From Acutalibacteraceae bacterium (lineage in GTDB: Bacteria > Pseudomonadota > Gammaproteobacteria > Burkholderiales > Burkholderiaceae_F): a stretch of 64,000 bases of DNA. The translations under genes and the position numbers were made by a program. Positions 55,387-64,000 of this stretch are shown piece by piece. The notes beneath the pieces were generated by a model. That model was not told the DNA's origin, did no database searches, and was given only the letters and a program-made list of their open reading frames with translations. The stretch covers positions 23,717 through 87,716 of the forward strand of contig CAVJBF010000002.1 of assembly GCA_963647785.1 (NCBI GenBank). Reading direction: 5' to 3'. Numbering within the stretch: the stretch's first letter is position 1; every line of letters begins with the position of its first letter.

Positions 55387-55767
55387 ATGTCTCTTTTGGA
55401 GTTTCGCAGCAAGGCGGCAGCTGGGTTTTACATGATGCCTGACACTTTTCGATCGGCCTGCCGAGTCATGGGGCGGGAGTATGCGGAGCAGGGGTGTCTC
55501 GTACCGGAGGATTTGCCTGCGCTTATTCAAAAGCTGTCTGACGAAATTGCTCGTGAAAAGGCTCTGCTGGCAGAACTTCAGGCAAAACGAGAGATGCGGG
55601 AGCGAGAGGGACGAGGATTTTTGAGCTACGAAGAAGAGGATGAGCGAGAGGAAGAGGCTCGCCGGGCGGCGGAAAAAATTCCGATGAGCGTCCGTTTTTT
55701 CCCATTGCTGGAAATGATGCAACGGGCTCAAAAAAAGCATCAGACTGTGATGTGGGGCGTCCCCTGA
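55387..55767 (+). CDS. DUF1840-family protein
   Basis: 126 aa. N-terminal LEFRSKAAAGFYMMPDTF resembles the DUF1840 start (family recalled from memory). Confidence 0.6.
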   Translation: MSLLEFRSKAAAGFYMMPDTFRSACRVMGREYAEQGCLVPEDLPALIQKLSDEIAREKALLAELQAKREMREREGRGFLSYEEEDEREEEARRAAEKIPMSVRFFPLLEMMQRAQKKHQTVMWGVP

Positions 55768-55771
55768 CGCC

Positions 55772-55806
55772 AAAAAACAAGGCCCGGAAGTTGCTTCGGG
55801 TCTTGT
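55772..55806 (-). terminator. Rho-independent terminator after the response-regulator gene
   Basis: Imperfect 13-bp hairpin followed on the minus strand by TTTTTT. Lies between convergent genes. Confidence 0.6.
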
Positions 55807-55810
55807 TGCT

Positions 55811-56545
55811 TCATTCAGCGGATGTCGCTTCGGCTTCGGTCGCCTTTTCAGCTTCGGCCGCCTTTTCGGCGGCGTGCCGGGGGATTGGAATGTCGAGCGC
55901 CTTCAGTTTTCGGTAGAGGTGGGTTCTTTCCAGTCCTGCGCGTTTGGCAACGCGCGTCATTTGATTGTTCTCAAAATTCATGAGCGCCTTCAGGTAGGCG
56001 CGTTCCGTCGTTTCGCGCACTTCCTTCAGGGTGGAGGTGAAGTCAATGATGATCCCCGTGCCGTGCACTTCGAAGACAGGCAACGCATCTTTCACGGGGT
56101 CGGGCGGAAGCTGAGGAGCAGGCGTTTCGACGGGCTTTTCCTTGGGCTGGTCCGGTCGGTACTTTGCCATGGCGCGAATGCGTTCTCCTACCTGCAGGCC
56201 GTGCTGCACGCTTTCGAGAAGCTTCTGCATGGAGATGGGTTTTTCCAGACAGGCGAGCGCGCCGAACTTGGTGGCCTCCACCGCGGTTTCGATGGTGGCG
56301 TGGCCGCTCATCATTAGCACGGGGCAGTGCAGAAGGTGCCGGACATTAAGTTCCTTCAAGAGCGAGACGCCGTCCGTGTCCGGCATCCAGATGTCGAGCA
56401 GAATCAAATCAAAGGATTCCGCACTGATGCGGCGCCGGGCGGCCTCGGCGTTTTCGGCGGTGTCAACAGCATATCCCTCGTCCGTCAAGATGTCGGACAA
56501 GAGCTCGCGAATGCCGATTTCGTCGTCGACGACGAGGATTTTTGC
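55811..56545 (-). CDS. Response regulator: receiver domain + Fis-type HTH (no AAA+ module)
   Basis: MAKILVVDDE start, phospho-acceptor LLDIWMPD, and C-terminal QMTRVAKRAGLERTHLYRKLKAL. Confidence 0.88.
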   Translation of the reverse strand, partial: AKILVVDDEIGIRELLSDILTDEGYAVDTAENAEAARRRISAESFDLILLDIWMPDTDGVSLLKELNVRHLLHCPVLMMSGHATIETAVEATKFGALACLEKPISMQKLLESVQHGLQVGERIRAMAKYRPDQPKEKPVETPAPQLPPDPVKDALPVFEVHGTGIIIDFTSTLKEVRETTERAYLKALMNFENNQMTRVAKRAGLERTHLYRKLKALDIPIPRHAAEKAAEAEKATEAEATSAE

Positions 56546-56721
56546 CATTGTGCTCGGTGCTCCCAAAGTCTCAGGCGGGTGAATGGTCCATTTCAGCCTC
56601 CGATTTTATCTCCGAAGGCGTTGGCGTAACGGCCGGTTGATTTCTTTTGAAGTCAAGATACCACAGGCCGGCCGGTGGTTCAACTTTGTATCACGTGCTG
56701 TGTGATCGGCGGCAAAGAATT

Positions 56722-58881
56722 TCAAGCAATTGCAGGGAAGATCATGGTGATGAGCGCTCCGAGGACGGTGCCGTCCTTCGTTGTTCGGTTGCTCAGCGTG
56801 ATCTTAGCGTGATGTTCCTCGATGATCTTTTTTACCATTGGCAGGCCCAGTCCGGTGCCCGTGGGCTTCGTAGTGATGTAGGGCTCAAAGGCCTTGCTCA
56901 GAATATCCGCACCAAACCCCGGTCCGTTGTCTTCGAGTGTGATGCGCACGGCCTGCGTTTCCTGAGCGACATTTTTCATCGGTGCGGCCGAAAGACGGAT
57001 GACGGGCTGAGGAAGATCCGCTGTGGCGTCAATGGCGTTGCCGACGAGATTGTGGATGATCTGACGAAGCTGAGCTTCGTCGCCGTTGATGCGCGGTAGA
57101 TCCAGCTGCGGCGTGAATTGAACGGGCGTGCCCGCCGTGCGGTAGAAGTCCGTGAGCTCGGTGAAGAGTTCATTGACGTTCAAGGGCTTCAAGACGGCGT
57201 TGGGAAGCTTTGCGTAGTCGCGGAAGTCGTTCACCATCATCTTCATGGCGTCTACTTGATTGACGATGGTGCCGCAGGCCTTTTTGAGAAGCCGGTCGTC
57301 CTTTTCGTCAAGCTTGCCGTCAAGCTTCATGGCGAGGCGTTCTGCAGCGAGGCGAATCGGCGTGAGCGGGTTTTTAATCTCGTGTGCGAGGCGCCGGGCT
57401 ACTTCGCCCCAGGCGACGGCTCGCTGGGCGTCGATGACGCTGGACATGTCGTCAAAGACGATCACCCAGCCGCGGCCTGTCTCGAGCTTGATGCGGGAGC
57501 CGCGGACAAAGAGCGCCAGCGAGGCGTCGCTTGTCTTTCGCTGCAGTGAGAGTTCGGTGTGAAAGCTTTCGTCTTCCGTGATCTGAATTTGTTCGGTGAG
57601 AACGGCAGCGAACTCCGGCTCAGCATCCGCAAGCTGCGTACCGACGCAGACGTCGCTGTTTTTGAGAACGGCGGCGGCGGCGTTGTTGACGGAATAAAGA
57701 TAGAGCTTGTCGTCCGCGACGAGCACGCCGGAGGAGATGGTGGCGAGAATGTGCTCCAGCCAGGCGCGGGCGCGCTCAGCCTGCGCTCGCTGGTTCTCCA
57801 CGATGGTGCGAGACTCCGCAAGCTCTGCCACCATGGTGTTGAAGGACTGGGTGAGTGTGTTGATTTCGTCGTTGCCCTGATATTCGCGAATAGGCCGCAA
57901 GTCGCCTTCGGCTACTTTGCGCGTGCCTTTGGCGAGTTGCAGAACGGGCGCCGTCATGGCGCCAGCAAAGCGGAGCGCTGCTGCGATGGCGGCAAGAACC
58001 ACGAGCAAAAGCGTCAGAGTGAGCGTGATGCCATAGATGTTTCTCAAGGCGCTGCGCGTGAGAACAAGCTCCTGATAGTCGCGGTAGCCGGCGAGCAGGT
58101 CGGCGATGTTGGAAGCGAGCGTGGCGGGGGCGGCCTGCGTGAGCTGCAGGAAAATGTTGAGAGAGCCGTTTTCCGTGGCAAAGCGGCCGATGGGAACGAG
58201 AGCGCGGATCTGAAGCGGTTCGCCGCGTTCGCCCTCATCTTCGAGCAATGTGAGCGAACGTTCTTTGAGCGCTGTGGCAAGTTGTTCGACGGTGGGGGCG
58301 ATGAGGGGGATGGCGCCCGGATTGTCTTCTGATTGCGAGAGCACGGCGCCGGTTTCATCAAAAAGATCTGCGCGGCTGTAATCCGCGGCGTCTCTCAACC
58401 TTTCCGTTTGCGCGGAAAGATCCTTCCAGTGGCTTGTTGACAAGGTTTTTGCCATGCGCACCGCCGCTGACTGCAGTCTCGTTTGCTCCCGGCCAAGAAT
58501 GTCGCCTGACAGGGCGACGCCGGAATCCAAGGCGTGCTCGACGCGAACGTCAAACCAGGAGTCGATGCTGCGTCCGATGAACTGGCTTGAAATGAGATAG
58601 ATGAGAAGACAGGGCAGCAGGGCAATGAGCGAGATCACGAACACGAGCTTTCCCGTCATTCGTGAGCCGAAGGCTCGCTCCCTCCAGCGTTTGACGAGGC
58701 GAAAAACAACAGCGCTGATGAAAAAGAAGAGTGTGATGACCGCAAAGAGGTTGCAGACGAGGAGAATGGGAAACCAACGGTCAAAAAGTTCGGAGCTCGC
58801 GCCGCCGGCGGCTACGAAAAAGAGCAGGACGACGGCGAGCGTGAGAAGCGAGGCGAATGAAATTCGTAACCAGCGCGGCAT
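56722..58881 (-). CDS. NtrY-like sensor histidine kinase (TM, HAMP, PAS, HisKA, HATPase)
   Basis: 719 aa. H-box HEIKNPLTPI. N and G boxes (NLVGNAIDA, DNGPGF, GTGLGL). Confidence 0.9.
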   Translation of the reverse strand: MPRWLRISFASLLTLAVVLLFFVAAGGASSELFDRWFPILLVCNLFAVITLFFFISAVVFRLVKRWRERAFGSRMTGKLVFVISLIALLPCLLIYLISSQFIGRSIDSWFDVRVEHALDSGVALSGDILGREQTRLQSAAVRMAKTLSTSHWKDLSAQTERLRDAADYSRADLFDETGAVLSQSEDNPGAIPLIAPTVEQLATALKERSLTLLEDEGERGEPLQIRALVPIGRFATENGSLNIFLQLTQAAPATLASNIADLLAGYRDYQELVLTRSALRNIYGITLTLTLLLVVLAAIAAALRFAGAMTAPVLQLAKGTRKVAEGDLRPIREYQGNDEINTLTQSFNTMVAELAESRTIVENQRAQAERARAWLEHILATISSGVLVADDKLYLYSVNNAAAAVLKNSDVCVGTQLADAEPEFAAVLTEQIQITEDESFHTELSLQRKTSDASLALFVRGSRIKLETGRGWVIVFDDMSSVIDAQRAVAWGEVARRLAHEIKNPLTPIRLAAERLAMKLDGKLDEKDDRLLKKACGTIVNQVDAMKMMVNDFRDYAKLPNAVLKPLNVNELFTELTDFYRTAGTPVQFTPQLDLPRINGDEAQLRQIIHNLVGNAIDATADLPQPVIRLSAAPMKNVAQETQAVRITLEDNGPGFGADILSKAFEPYITTKPTGTGLGLPMVKKIIEEHHAKITLSNRTTKDGTVLGALITMIFPAIA

Positions 58882-59475
58882 CTATCGGAGGGTGAGATCT
58901 TGGGTGAGCTTCACGTCGTCCCAGTCACTTTCAAGCGCCCAGTCGGAGTTGCCGCCGACGCTCACCTGCAACGGTTTTGGAAGCTTTGTGAGATCAAGGT
59001 GCATTCGGGTTTCGGCGGTGAAGGCGTCGACGTCGTCTACGGCATCGACATCTGCGACGCGCCAGTCGCCCACGTGCTTTAGAAGCGGAAGCACGTCATC
59101 AATTGTATGGAAGGACTGGATGAGGCCGCCGCGGGAAAATCGCCAGCGGCGCGAAAGCGGGCTGTAGCCCACGCGTTGCACAAGACGGGAGGACGAAACA
59201 GTTTTGTTTGTCCAGTACCAGCGAGGTCGCTCCAGCCGGAATTCGTATTCAAAATAAAGCGCAATGCCGCGCTTCATGCTGTCAATGAGCAACTCGGGAA
59301 GGTCAAACTCCCAGTCTGCCGTGAGGTATAGACCAGGAGTGATGTCTTGCGTGACGCGGGCGAGCTGCGCCTGCATGAGCTGCGCGTCGGTGCCTGCTGC
59401 GCGCGCCGCAAAGCTCGTCGACAGAAGAATCGGCGAGACGAGGGCGCAAGCACACAGTTGACGGCGCGTGAGCAT
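58882..59475 (-). CDS. DUF4390-domain protein (secreted)
   Basis: 197 aa. Signal peptide present. Abuts the kinase start codon. An rsmB-DUF4390-kinase order is what I recall from Burkholderiales. Confidence 0.7.
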   Translation of the reverse strand: MLTRRQLCACALVSPILLSTSFAARAAGTDAQLMQAQLARVTQDITPGLYLTADWEFDLPELLIDSMKRGIALYFEYEFRLERPRWYWTNKTVSSSRLVQRVGYSPLSRRWRFSRGGLIQSFHTIDDVLPLLKHVGDWRVADVDAVDDVDAFTAETRMHLDLTKLPKPLQVSVGGNSDWALESDWDDVKLTQDLTLR

Positions 59476-59480
59476 GGAAA

Positions 59481-60797
59481 TCAGGCGGCAGTTTTTGTTA
59501 AAAGGGCGTAGAAGAAGCCGTCATGGGGGCCGGCCAGTCCGAATTCATCGGCGCCGTCTGTCGTCGGCAGAAGTCGCAGCCTGCTTTGCGTCAGTCCCGG
59601 AAGCGGTGTTTCTGCCGCATTGGAATGGCGCTTCAAGAAGCTTTGAATCTGAGTTTGACCTTCTTCATCGAAAATTGAGCATACGACATAGAGGAGTCTT
59701 CCGCCAATTTTGAGGCAGGGCCAGAGTGCTTCGAGAAGCTTTTGTTGTTGTTTTGCCAGTTCTGTGATGTCTCGAGGCTCGCGAAAGAAAACGATGTCGG
59801 GATGGCGGCGCACGATGCCGCTTGCGGTGCAGGGGGCGTCCAGCAAGATGGCGTCAAAGGGGTGGCCGTCCCACCAAGCGCCGGTTTCCGCCGCGTCGGC
59901 TCGGACAACGCGGGCGGCAAGCTGCAGGCGAGTGAGATTTTCCTGAATGCGGGCGGCGCGAACGGGATCGATTTCAAGTGCCGTGATGTCGCAGTCTTCC
60001 ACTTCCAGAAGGTGAGCTGTCTTGCCGCCCGGGGCGGCGCAGGCGTCCAAAATTCGCTCCCCCTTTTTTGGGGTTAGAAAGTGAGCAGCGAGCTGGGCGC
60101 CGGCATCCTGAACGCTGACGAAGCCGTCCTTGAAGCCGTGAAGCAACTCCACGGGCACGGGGGCGGCGACGAGAACGGCCTCGCGGCTGATGAGCGAGAC
60201 CTTCTGTCCAGCTGCCTGCGCGGCGTTGCACCAGGCTTCGGTCGTTGTTTTGCGTCGGTTCACGCGCACCGTGAAGGGGGGCTTCGTGAGATTGACGGCG
60301 AGAACGCGGTCAGCCGCTTCGCGGCCAAGCGACTTGTCGAGTCGTTCGATCCACCAGCGGGGGGCGTTGAATTTCAGACAGGGATCGCGCATAAGGTCAT
60401 TAAGGAGCGACTCCTTGTCCCGTGTGAACCGGCGAAGGCAGGCGTTGAGAAAGCCGGCGGCGAATTCTGTTTCAGGAGCTGACTTGGCGGCGGCGATGGT
60501 TTCGTTTACGACGGCATAGGCCTTTTCCGGCCGATCCATGAGTTCGGATAGCGCACAGGCAAGAAGGTGCCGAACGTCAGAGGCGGGCGGCCGGTTGGCG
60601 AGCTTTTTGACGAGGCCTTCCGTGAGAAGGGCTCGGCGCATGGCGCTGTAGACGAGCGACTGCATGGCCGCCTTTTCTTCTCGGGAGGCGTCGGCTCCGG
60701 CGAGCATGAGCGCCTTTTCCAGAGTGGCGCCTTCTTCGATGAATTTCCGGGCCTTGGCGGCGAGCTTCAGGGACTCGCGCAACTTGACTCCGTTCAT
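59481..60797 (-). CDS. rsmB: 16S rRNA (cytosine967-C5)-methyltransferase RsmB
   Basis: 438 aa from MNGVKLRES. SAM and catalytic motifs (DACAAPGGKT, LDAPCTASG, YVVCS). ATGA overlap with fmt. The Arg-rich extension in the ORF track is spurious. Confidence 0.93.
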   Translation of the reverse strand: MNGVKLRESLKLAAKARKFIEEGATLEKALMLAGADASREEKAAMQSLVYSAMRRALLTEGLVKKLANRPPASDVRHLLACALSELMDRPEKAYAVVNETIAAAKSAPETEFAAGFLNACLRRFTRDKESLLNDLMRDPCLKFNAPRWWIERLDKSLGREAADRVLAVNLTKPPFTVRVNRRKTTTEAWCNAAQAAGQKVSLISREAVLVAAPVPVELLHGFKDGFVSVQDAGAQLAAHFLTPKKGERILDACAAPGGKTAHLLEVEDCDITALEIDPVRAARIQENLTRLQLAARVVRADAAETGAWWDGHPFDAILLDAPCTASGIVRRHPDIVFFREPRDITELAKQQQKLLEALWPCLKIGGRLLYVVCSIFDEEGQTQIQSFLKRHSNAAETPLPGLTQSRLRLLPTTDGADEFGLAGPHDGFFYALLTKTAA

Positions 60798-61750
60798 TTC
60801 AGCACCTCCCCAGTCTTGAGCTGAAGGCTTTGGGTGAAGGCCTGCGCCGTCATGGCCGGCTTGCCGGCGCGCTGCAGCTTGGTGCAGGCGACGGCGCCCT
60901 CGCCGCAGGCGACGACAATTGTGTCGCCTGCGGCGAGAATTTCTCCTGGGGCGCCGACGCCTTCTGTGGCGCGGGCAAACCAAATTTTGATGGTTTCGTC
61001 TCCGCGCAGCGCGGTGGAGCCGGGGAAGGGTGAGAACGCACGAATGCGGGCCGCGACGTCGCGAGCGTCGCGCGTCCAGTCGATGGGACTTTCGCTTTTA
61101 AGAAGTTTTTTGGCGTAGGTGACGCCTTCGGCGGGCTGCAGGCGGTGTGTGAGGATGTCGGGCGTGTTCAAGGCGTCAACAATAAGCTTGGCGCCTACGG
61201 CCGTCAGTTCTTCTGTCAGCGTGGCGGTGTCATGGTCTTCCGTGATGGCGACGGGGTGTGAGAGGATGACGTCGCCTGTGTCAAGGCCGATGTCCATCTT
61301 CATGAGGTCCACGCCAGTGGTGGGATCCCGGGCTTCAATTGCTCGGCTGATGGGGGCTGCGCCGCGCCAGCGCGGCAGGAGAGACGCGTGGATGTTGATG
61401 CTCTTGATGTCGCCGTCGCGGCCGATGCCGCGGGCGGCGTTCAAGGCGCGCTCCGGCAGAATCAGGCCATAGGCGGCGACGACGAAGACGTCGCTGTTGG
61501 AATCTTCGAGCGCCTTCAGGGCGGCTTCGCTCTCCTCGCCTCCCTTCTCTGTTCGAAGCGTCAGCGGCGTAAGGACGGGCAGTTCGTTTTCAATCGCCAC
61601 CGCTTTGACGGCGGAAGGCTTGAGCTTCATGCCGCGGCCGCTCGGCCGGTCCGGTTGCGTCAGTACAAGCGTGATGGTGTGGCCGGCCGCTATAAGTGCC
61701 TTGAGTGCGGCGGCGGCAAAGTCCGGCGTTCCGGCAAATGCAATGCGCAT
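60794..61750 (-). CDS. fmt: Methionyl-tRNA formyltransferase
   Basis: 318 aa from MRIAFAGTPDFA. Contains HASLLPRWRGAAPI. Confidence 0.95.
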   Translation of the reverse strand: MRIAFAGTPDFAAAALKALIAAGHTITLVLTQPDRPSGRGMKLKPSAVKAVAIENELPVLTPLTLRTEKGGEESEAALKALEDSNSDVFVVAAYGLILPERALNAARGIGRDGDIKSINIHASLLPRWRGAAPISRAIEARDPTTGVDLMKMDIGLDTGDVILSHPVAITEDHDTATLTEELTAVGAKLIVDALNTPDILTHRLQPAEGVTYAKKLLKSESPIDWTRDARDVAARIRAFSPFPGSTALRGDETIKIWFARATEGVGAPGEILAAGDTIVVACGEGAVACTKLQRAGKPAMTAQAFTQSLQLKTGEVLK

Positions 61751-61892
61751 GAATGGAGTTCTCCGCGTCGGGAAGTCAGGGCCGGGCGCGAGACGGCCCG
61801 GCAAGAAGGTTTGGAAAGAAATTGTACCCGCAGCGGGTCGGCGCCCTGCGGGTCTTATCATGCGGTTGTTTGTGATTTTCCGAGTGACTGAA

Positions 61893-62786
61893 ATGAGTTC
61901 TTCCAGCGCGATGGACCTGGCTTGCCGAACCTATGGCGATCCGCACATGCCGCCTCTGGTGCTGCTGATGGGGCTGGGCACGCCTGCGGCGGCGTGGCCC
62001 GAGCCCTTCATCGCTTCTTTGGTGCAAAAAGGGCTGTACGTGGTGACGCCGGACAACCGTGACTGCGGCGAGAGTCCTGTAGCGCAAGGGAGCGTGACGC
62101 CTCGCGAGCTCTTTTTCTCCATTGTTCGCTACGTGCTGGGGAGCGCCGTGGCGGCGCCTTACACGCTGACGGACATGGCGGACGACACGCTTCGGCTCAT
62201 GGACCGGCTGGGCCTTTCTAAGGCGCATGTTGCGGGTGTGTCGCTGGGGGGCATGATCGCGCAATGCATGGCGCTGAAGGCGCAGCATCGCACGCTGTCG
62301 CTTGCCTGCCTCTCGACGGCGTCGGGAAATCCTCGCACGGGGTTCGGAAAGCTCCGTGCGCTGAAAGCGGTTCTCGCATCGCCCGACGCACGAATGGATC
62401 CTAAGGAGCACCTCAAAAAGGTGATGGAAGCGATTGGCACGCCCGGAGAATCGTATGACGATGCCTTTGTGGAGAAGGTGCTTCGGACGGCTTCGGTGAA
62501 CCCGGATGCGGTGGCGGGCGGGCGACGTCAGGTGATGGCGATACTGGCAGAAGGCAATCGCAATGCGCGGTTGAGGCAGCTTTTTGTGCCGACGCTGGTT
62601 ATTCATGGGCTGGCGGACCCTCTGCTGCCGCCGGCTGCTGGAAAGGAGCTTGCTTCCGTCATTCGGTGCGCTGAATTTTTGGGTATTCCCGGCATGGGGC
62701 ACGACATTCCCAAAAAACATTGGGAGACAATTGCGAGCGCCATGGCGCGACACTGCTATGACGCGGCTCGGAAAACTTGCGCATAG
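61893..62786 (+). CDS. Alpha/beta-fold hydrolase
   Basis: 297 aa from MSSSSAMD. Nucleophile elbow GVSLGG and a late GMGHD His region. Confidence 0.8.
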   Translation: MSSSSAMDLACRTYGDPHMPPLVLLMGLGTPAAAWPEPFIASLVQKGLYVVTPDNRDCGESPVAQGSVTPRELFFSIVRYVLGSAVAAPYTLTDMADDTLRLMDRLGLSKAHVAGVSLGGMIAQCMALKAQHRTLSLACLSTASGNPRTGFGKLRALKAVLASPDARMDPKEHLKKVMEAIGTPGESYDDAFVEKVLRTASVNPDAVAGGRRQVMAILAEGNRNARLRQLFVPTLVIHGLADPLLPPAAGKELASVIRCAEFLGIPGMGHDIPKKHWETIASAMARHCYDAARKTCA

Positions 62787-62788
62787 AA

Positions 62789-62816
62789 AAATGCCCGCTG
62801 TTTTTTTCGGGCATTT
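62789..62816. terminator. Bidirectional terminator hairpin (hydrolase / def)
   Basis: Stem AAATGCCCG/CGGGCATTT with a T-rich loop. Confidence 0.65.
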
Positions 62817-62833
62817 GTTGAGGCGAGGAAAAA

Positions 62834-63367
62834 TCAGACGCCGGCTTTTTCTTTGGCCTCCCGGGCCTTTTCCTTTCTGAGCTTGGCAAGTTTCGTGACG
62901 GCGCGGCCTTTTTTCAAGCGGCTCAAATGATCAACGAACACAATGCCGTTCAGGTGATCCGTCTCATGTTGCACGCAGACGCTCAAAAGCTCATTGCAGT
63001 CGATTGAGATCGGCTTTCCGTCTAGATCCTGCGCTGTGACGCGGACGCGGGCGGGGCGAGAGACTTTTTCGTAGACGCCGGGCAGGGATAGACAACCCTC
63101 TTCGCACTCGACTTCCTCGGGGGAAAGCGGCTCCACTACGGGGTTGACGAGTGTCATGAGCTGATTCTTTTCTTCGCTGATGTCGATCACCACCATGCGG
63201 ATCAGCTTGCCGATCTGAGGTGCAGCCAGACCGACGCCCGGCGCCTTGTACATGGTTTCCGCCATGTCGGCTGCCAGCTTTTTCAGGTCGTCGTTGAATT
63301 CGGTGACAGGCTCGGCCACGGTGGCAAGCCGCGGGTCGGGATACTGAACGATGCTCAGAAGGGCCAC
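62834..63367 (-). CDS. def: Peptide deformylase
   Basis: Motifs GVGLAAPQ, EGCLS and HETDH. GTG at 63367 (VALLSIVQYPDPRL) lies 7 nt after GGAGA and is preferred over ATG 63406. Confidence 0.93.
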   Translation of the reverse strand: MALLSIVQYPDPRLATVAEPVTEFNDDLKKLAADMAETMYKAPGVGLAAPQIGKLIRMVVIDISEEKNQLMTLVNPVVEPLSPEEVECEEGCLSLPGVYEKVSRPARVRVTAQDLDGKPISIDCNELLSVCVQHETDHLNGIVFVDHLSRLKKGRAVTKLAKLRKEKAREAKEKAGV

Positions 63368-63430
63368 GAAAAAAATCTCCAGAGATGAAACGGTGCTGTC
63401 CGTCAAAGAGCTGATAGGATACAGCAGAGT

Positions 63431-64000
63431 ATGTGTGGAACGCCTTGTATGTGTGCAGATCCAACCTTTAATGATACCGCTCGCGGCATAGATCGACTGA
63501 GTGATGAGGAGCTTCTCGCCTGGCTCAGGATTGCCCGTGTCTATCGAGGGCGGGTGAAGGAGGCGTTGCGGCTCGTGGCAGCCTTTGGGTTGCCGGAGGC
63601 GATTTTTGAGGCGCCGCGCTCTCGCGTAAAGGACAAAATCGGCCGCGAGGCGGCCTTGGCGCTCTTTGATAGTGACGTTGAAGAAGAGGCGCAGCGGGCG
63701 CTTTACTGGTTGCGTCGGACGACCACGGCGGATGCGGTTCTTTTGACCGATTCCGACTACCCAAGGGAGCTCATTGAGTCTGGCACGGGGGACGTGCTCT
63801 TTTTCATTCGAGGCCGGCGTCAGACTCTTGTTCGACCGCGAGTGACGCTTCTCATCACATCCAAGGCGGACGCGGAAGGCCGCCGCAATCTTTCGGACTT
63901 TTCCACAGCGCTTGCCCGGCGCGGCGTGACATGCGTCCTTTCAATGGAAAACGAAGCGGAAAAGGCGGGCTCAGCGGCTTTGGAATTCGAGGGCGGCGCG
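63431..64000 (+). CDS. DprA/Smf-like protein, 5' part (runs off the window)
   Basis: Frame is open from 63389 to the window end. ATGs at 63431 and 63449. Colinear with the E. coli Smf N-terminal half (LYWL...DSDYPRELIE). Divergent from def, as smf is in E. coli. The core motif is diverged (see findings). Confidence 0.55.
   Translation, partial: MCGTPCMCADPTFNDTARGIDRLSDEELLAWLRIARVYRGRVKEALRLVAAFGLPEAIFEAPRSRVKDKIGREAALALFDSDVEEEAQRALYWLRRTTTADAVLLTDSDYPRELIESGTGDVLFFIRGRRQTLVRPRVTLLITSKADAEGRRNLSDFSTALARRGVTCVLSMENEAEKAGSAALEFEGGA

Noticed and set aside
59481-60983. N-terminal extensions in the ORF track: the rsmB 62-aa Arg-rich leader, fmt +37 aa, hydrolase +132 aa, M20 peptidase +50 aa, pyrE +40 aa, hemE +26 aa, yidC +20 aa, mnmE +28 aa, dnaA +23 aa, usp +38 aa, UPF0149 +48 aa, BON +40 aa and DUF805 +23 aa.
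   Set aside because: In each case the conserved family N-terminus begins at an internal start codon. The extension overlaps the neighbouring gene or a terminator and is compositionally aberrant.

Overview
This window is origin-proximal core chromosome from a moderately GC-rich Gram-negative bacterium. The gene order includes mnmG-rsmG-(marC)-parA-parB-atpIBEFHAGDC, rpmH-rnpA-yidD-yidC-(small ORF)-mnmE, dnaA-dnaN-gyrB, def/fmt-rsmB-DUF4390-sensor kinase-regulator, and EIIA(Man)-HPr-EI. I associate this order with Betaproteobacteria/Burkholderiales, but that is inference from synteny and motifs, not a database result. I can support about 60 protein genes, one tRNA-Arg(CCG), an rpmH gene too short for the ORF track, four parS sites, several intrinsic terminators, and a roughly 1 kb non-coding replication-origin candidate at 30.2-31.1 kb. 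That candidate has dense DnaA boxes, AT-rich tracts and a DnaA-trio-like array. I saw no rRNA, CRISPR array, transposase, integrase, prophage or recognisable defence or toxin genes. I did not find a convincing novel multi-gene system, and most of the window is ordinary housekeeping DNA. The points most worth a second look are listed here. (1) DnaA-box density points to 30-31 kb as the origin, but the gene-strand switch sits at the rpmH/dnaA spacer. (2) Phased DnaA-box pairs recur, including an extra-origin cluster between priA and hemE and boxes built into a terminator stem. (3) One parS site sits on the mnmG translation-start region at the head of the string that ends in parAB. (4) A PBP5/6-type DD-carboxypeptidase homologue has all three catalytic motifs degenerate, a neighbouring MenA-like prenyltransferase has an altered first Asp-rich motif, and a DprA-like gene has a diverged core motif. 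(5) A DUF2721 gene next to the origin is split by an in-frame TAA. (6) Opposite-strand or extra genes interrupt three normally contiguous operons. Many ORF-track starts are N-terminally over-extended, so I give my preferred starts. Hand-located motif coordinates may be off by 1-2 nt.
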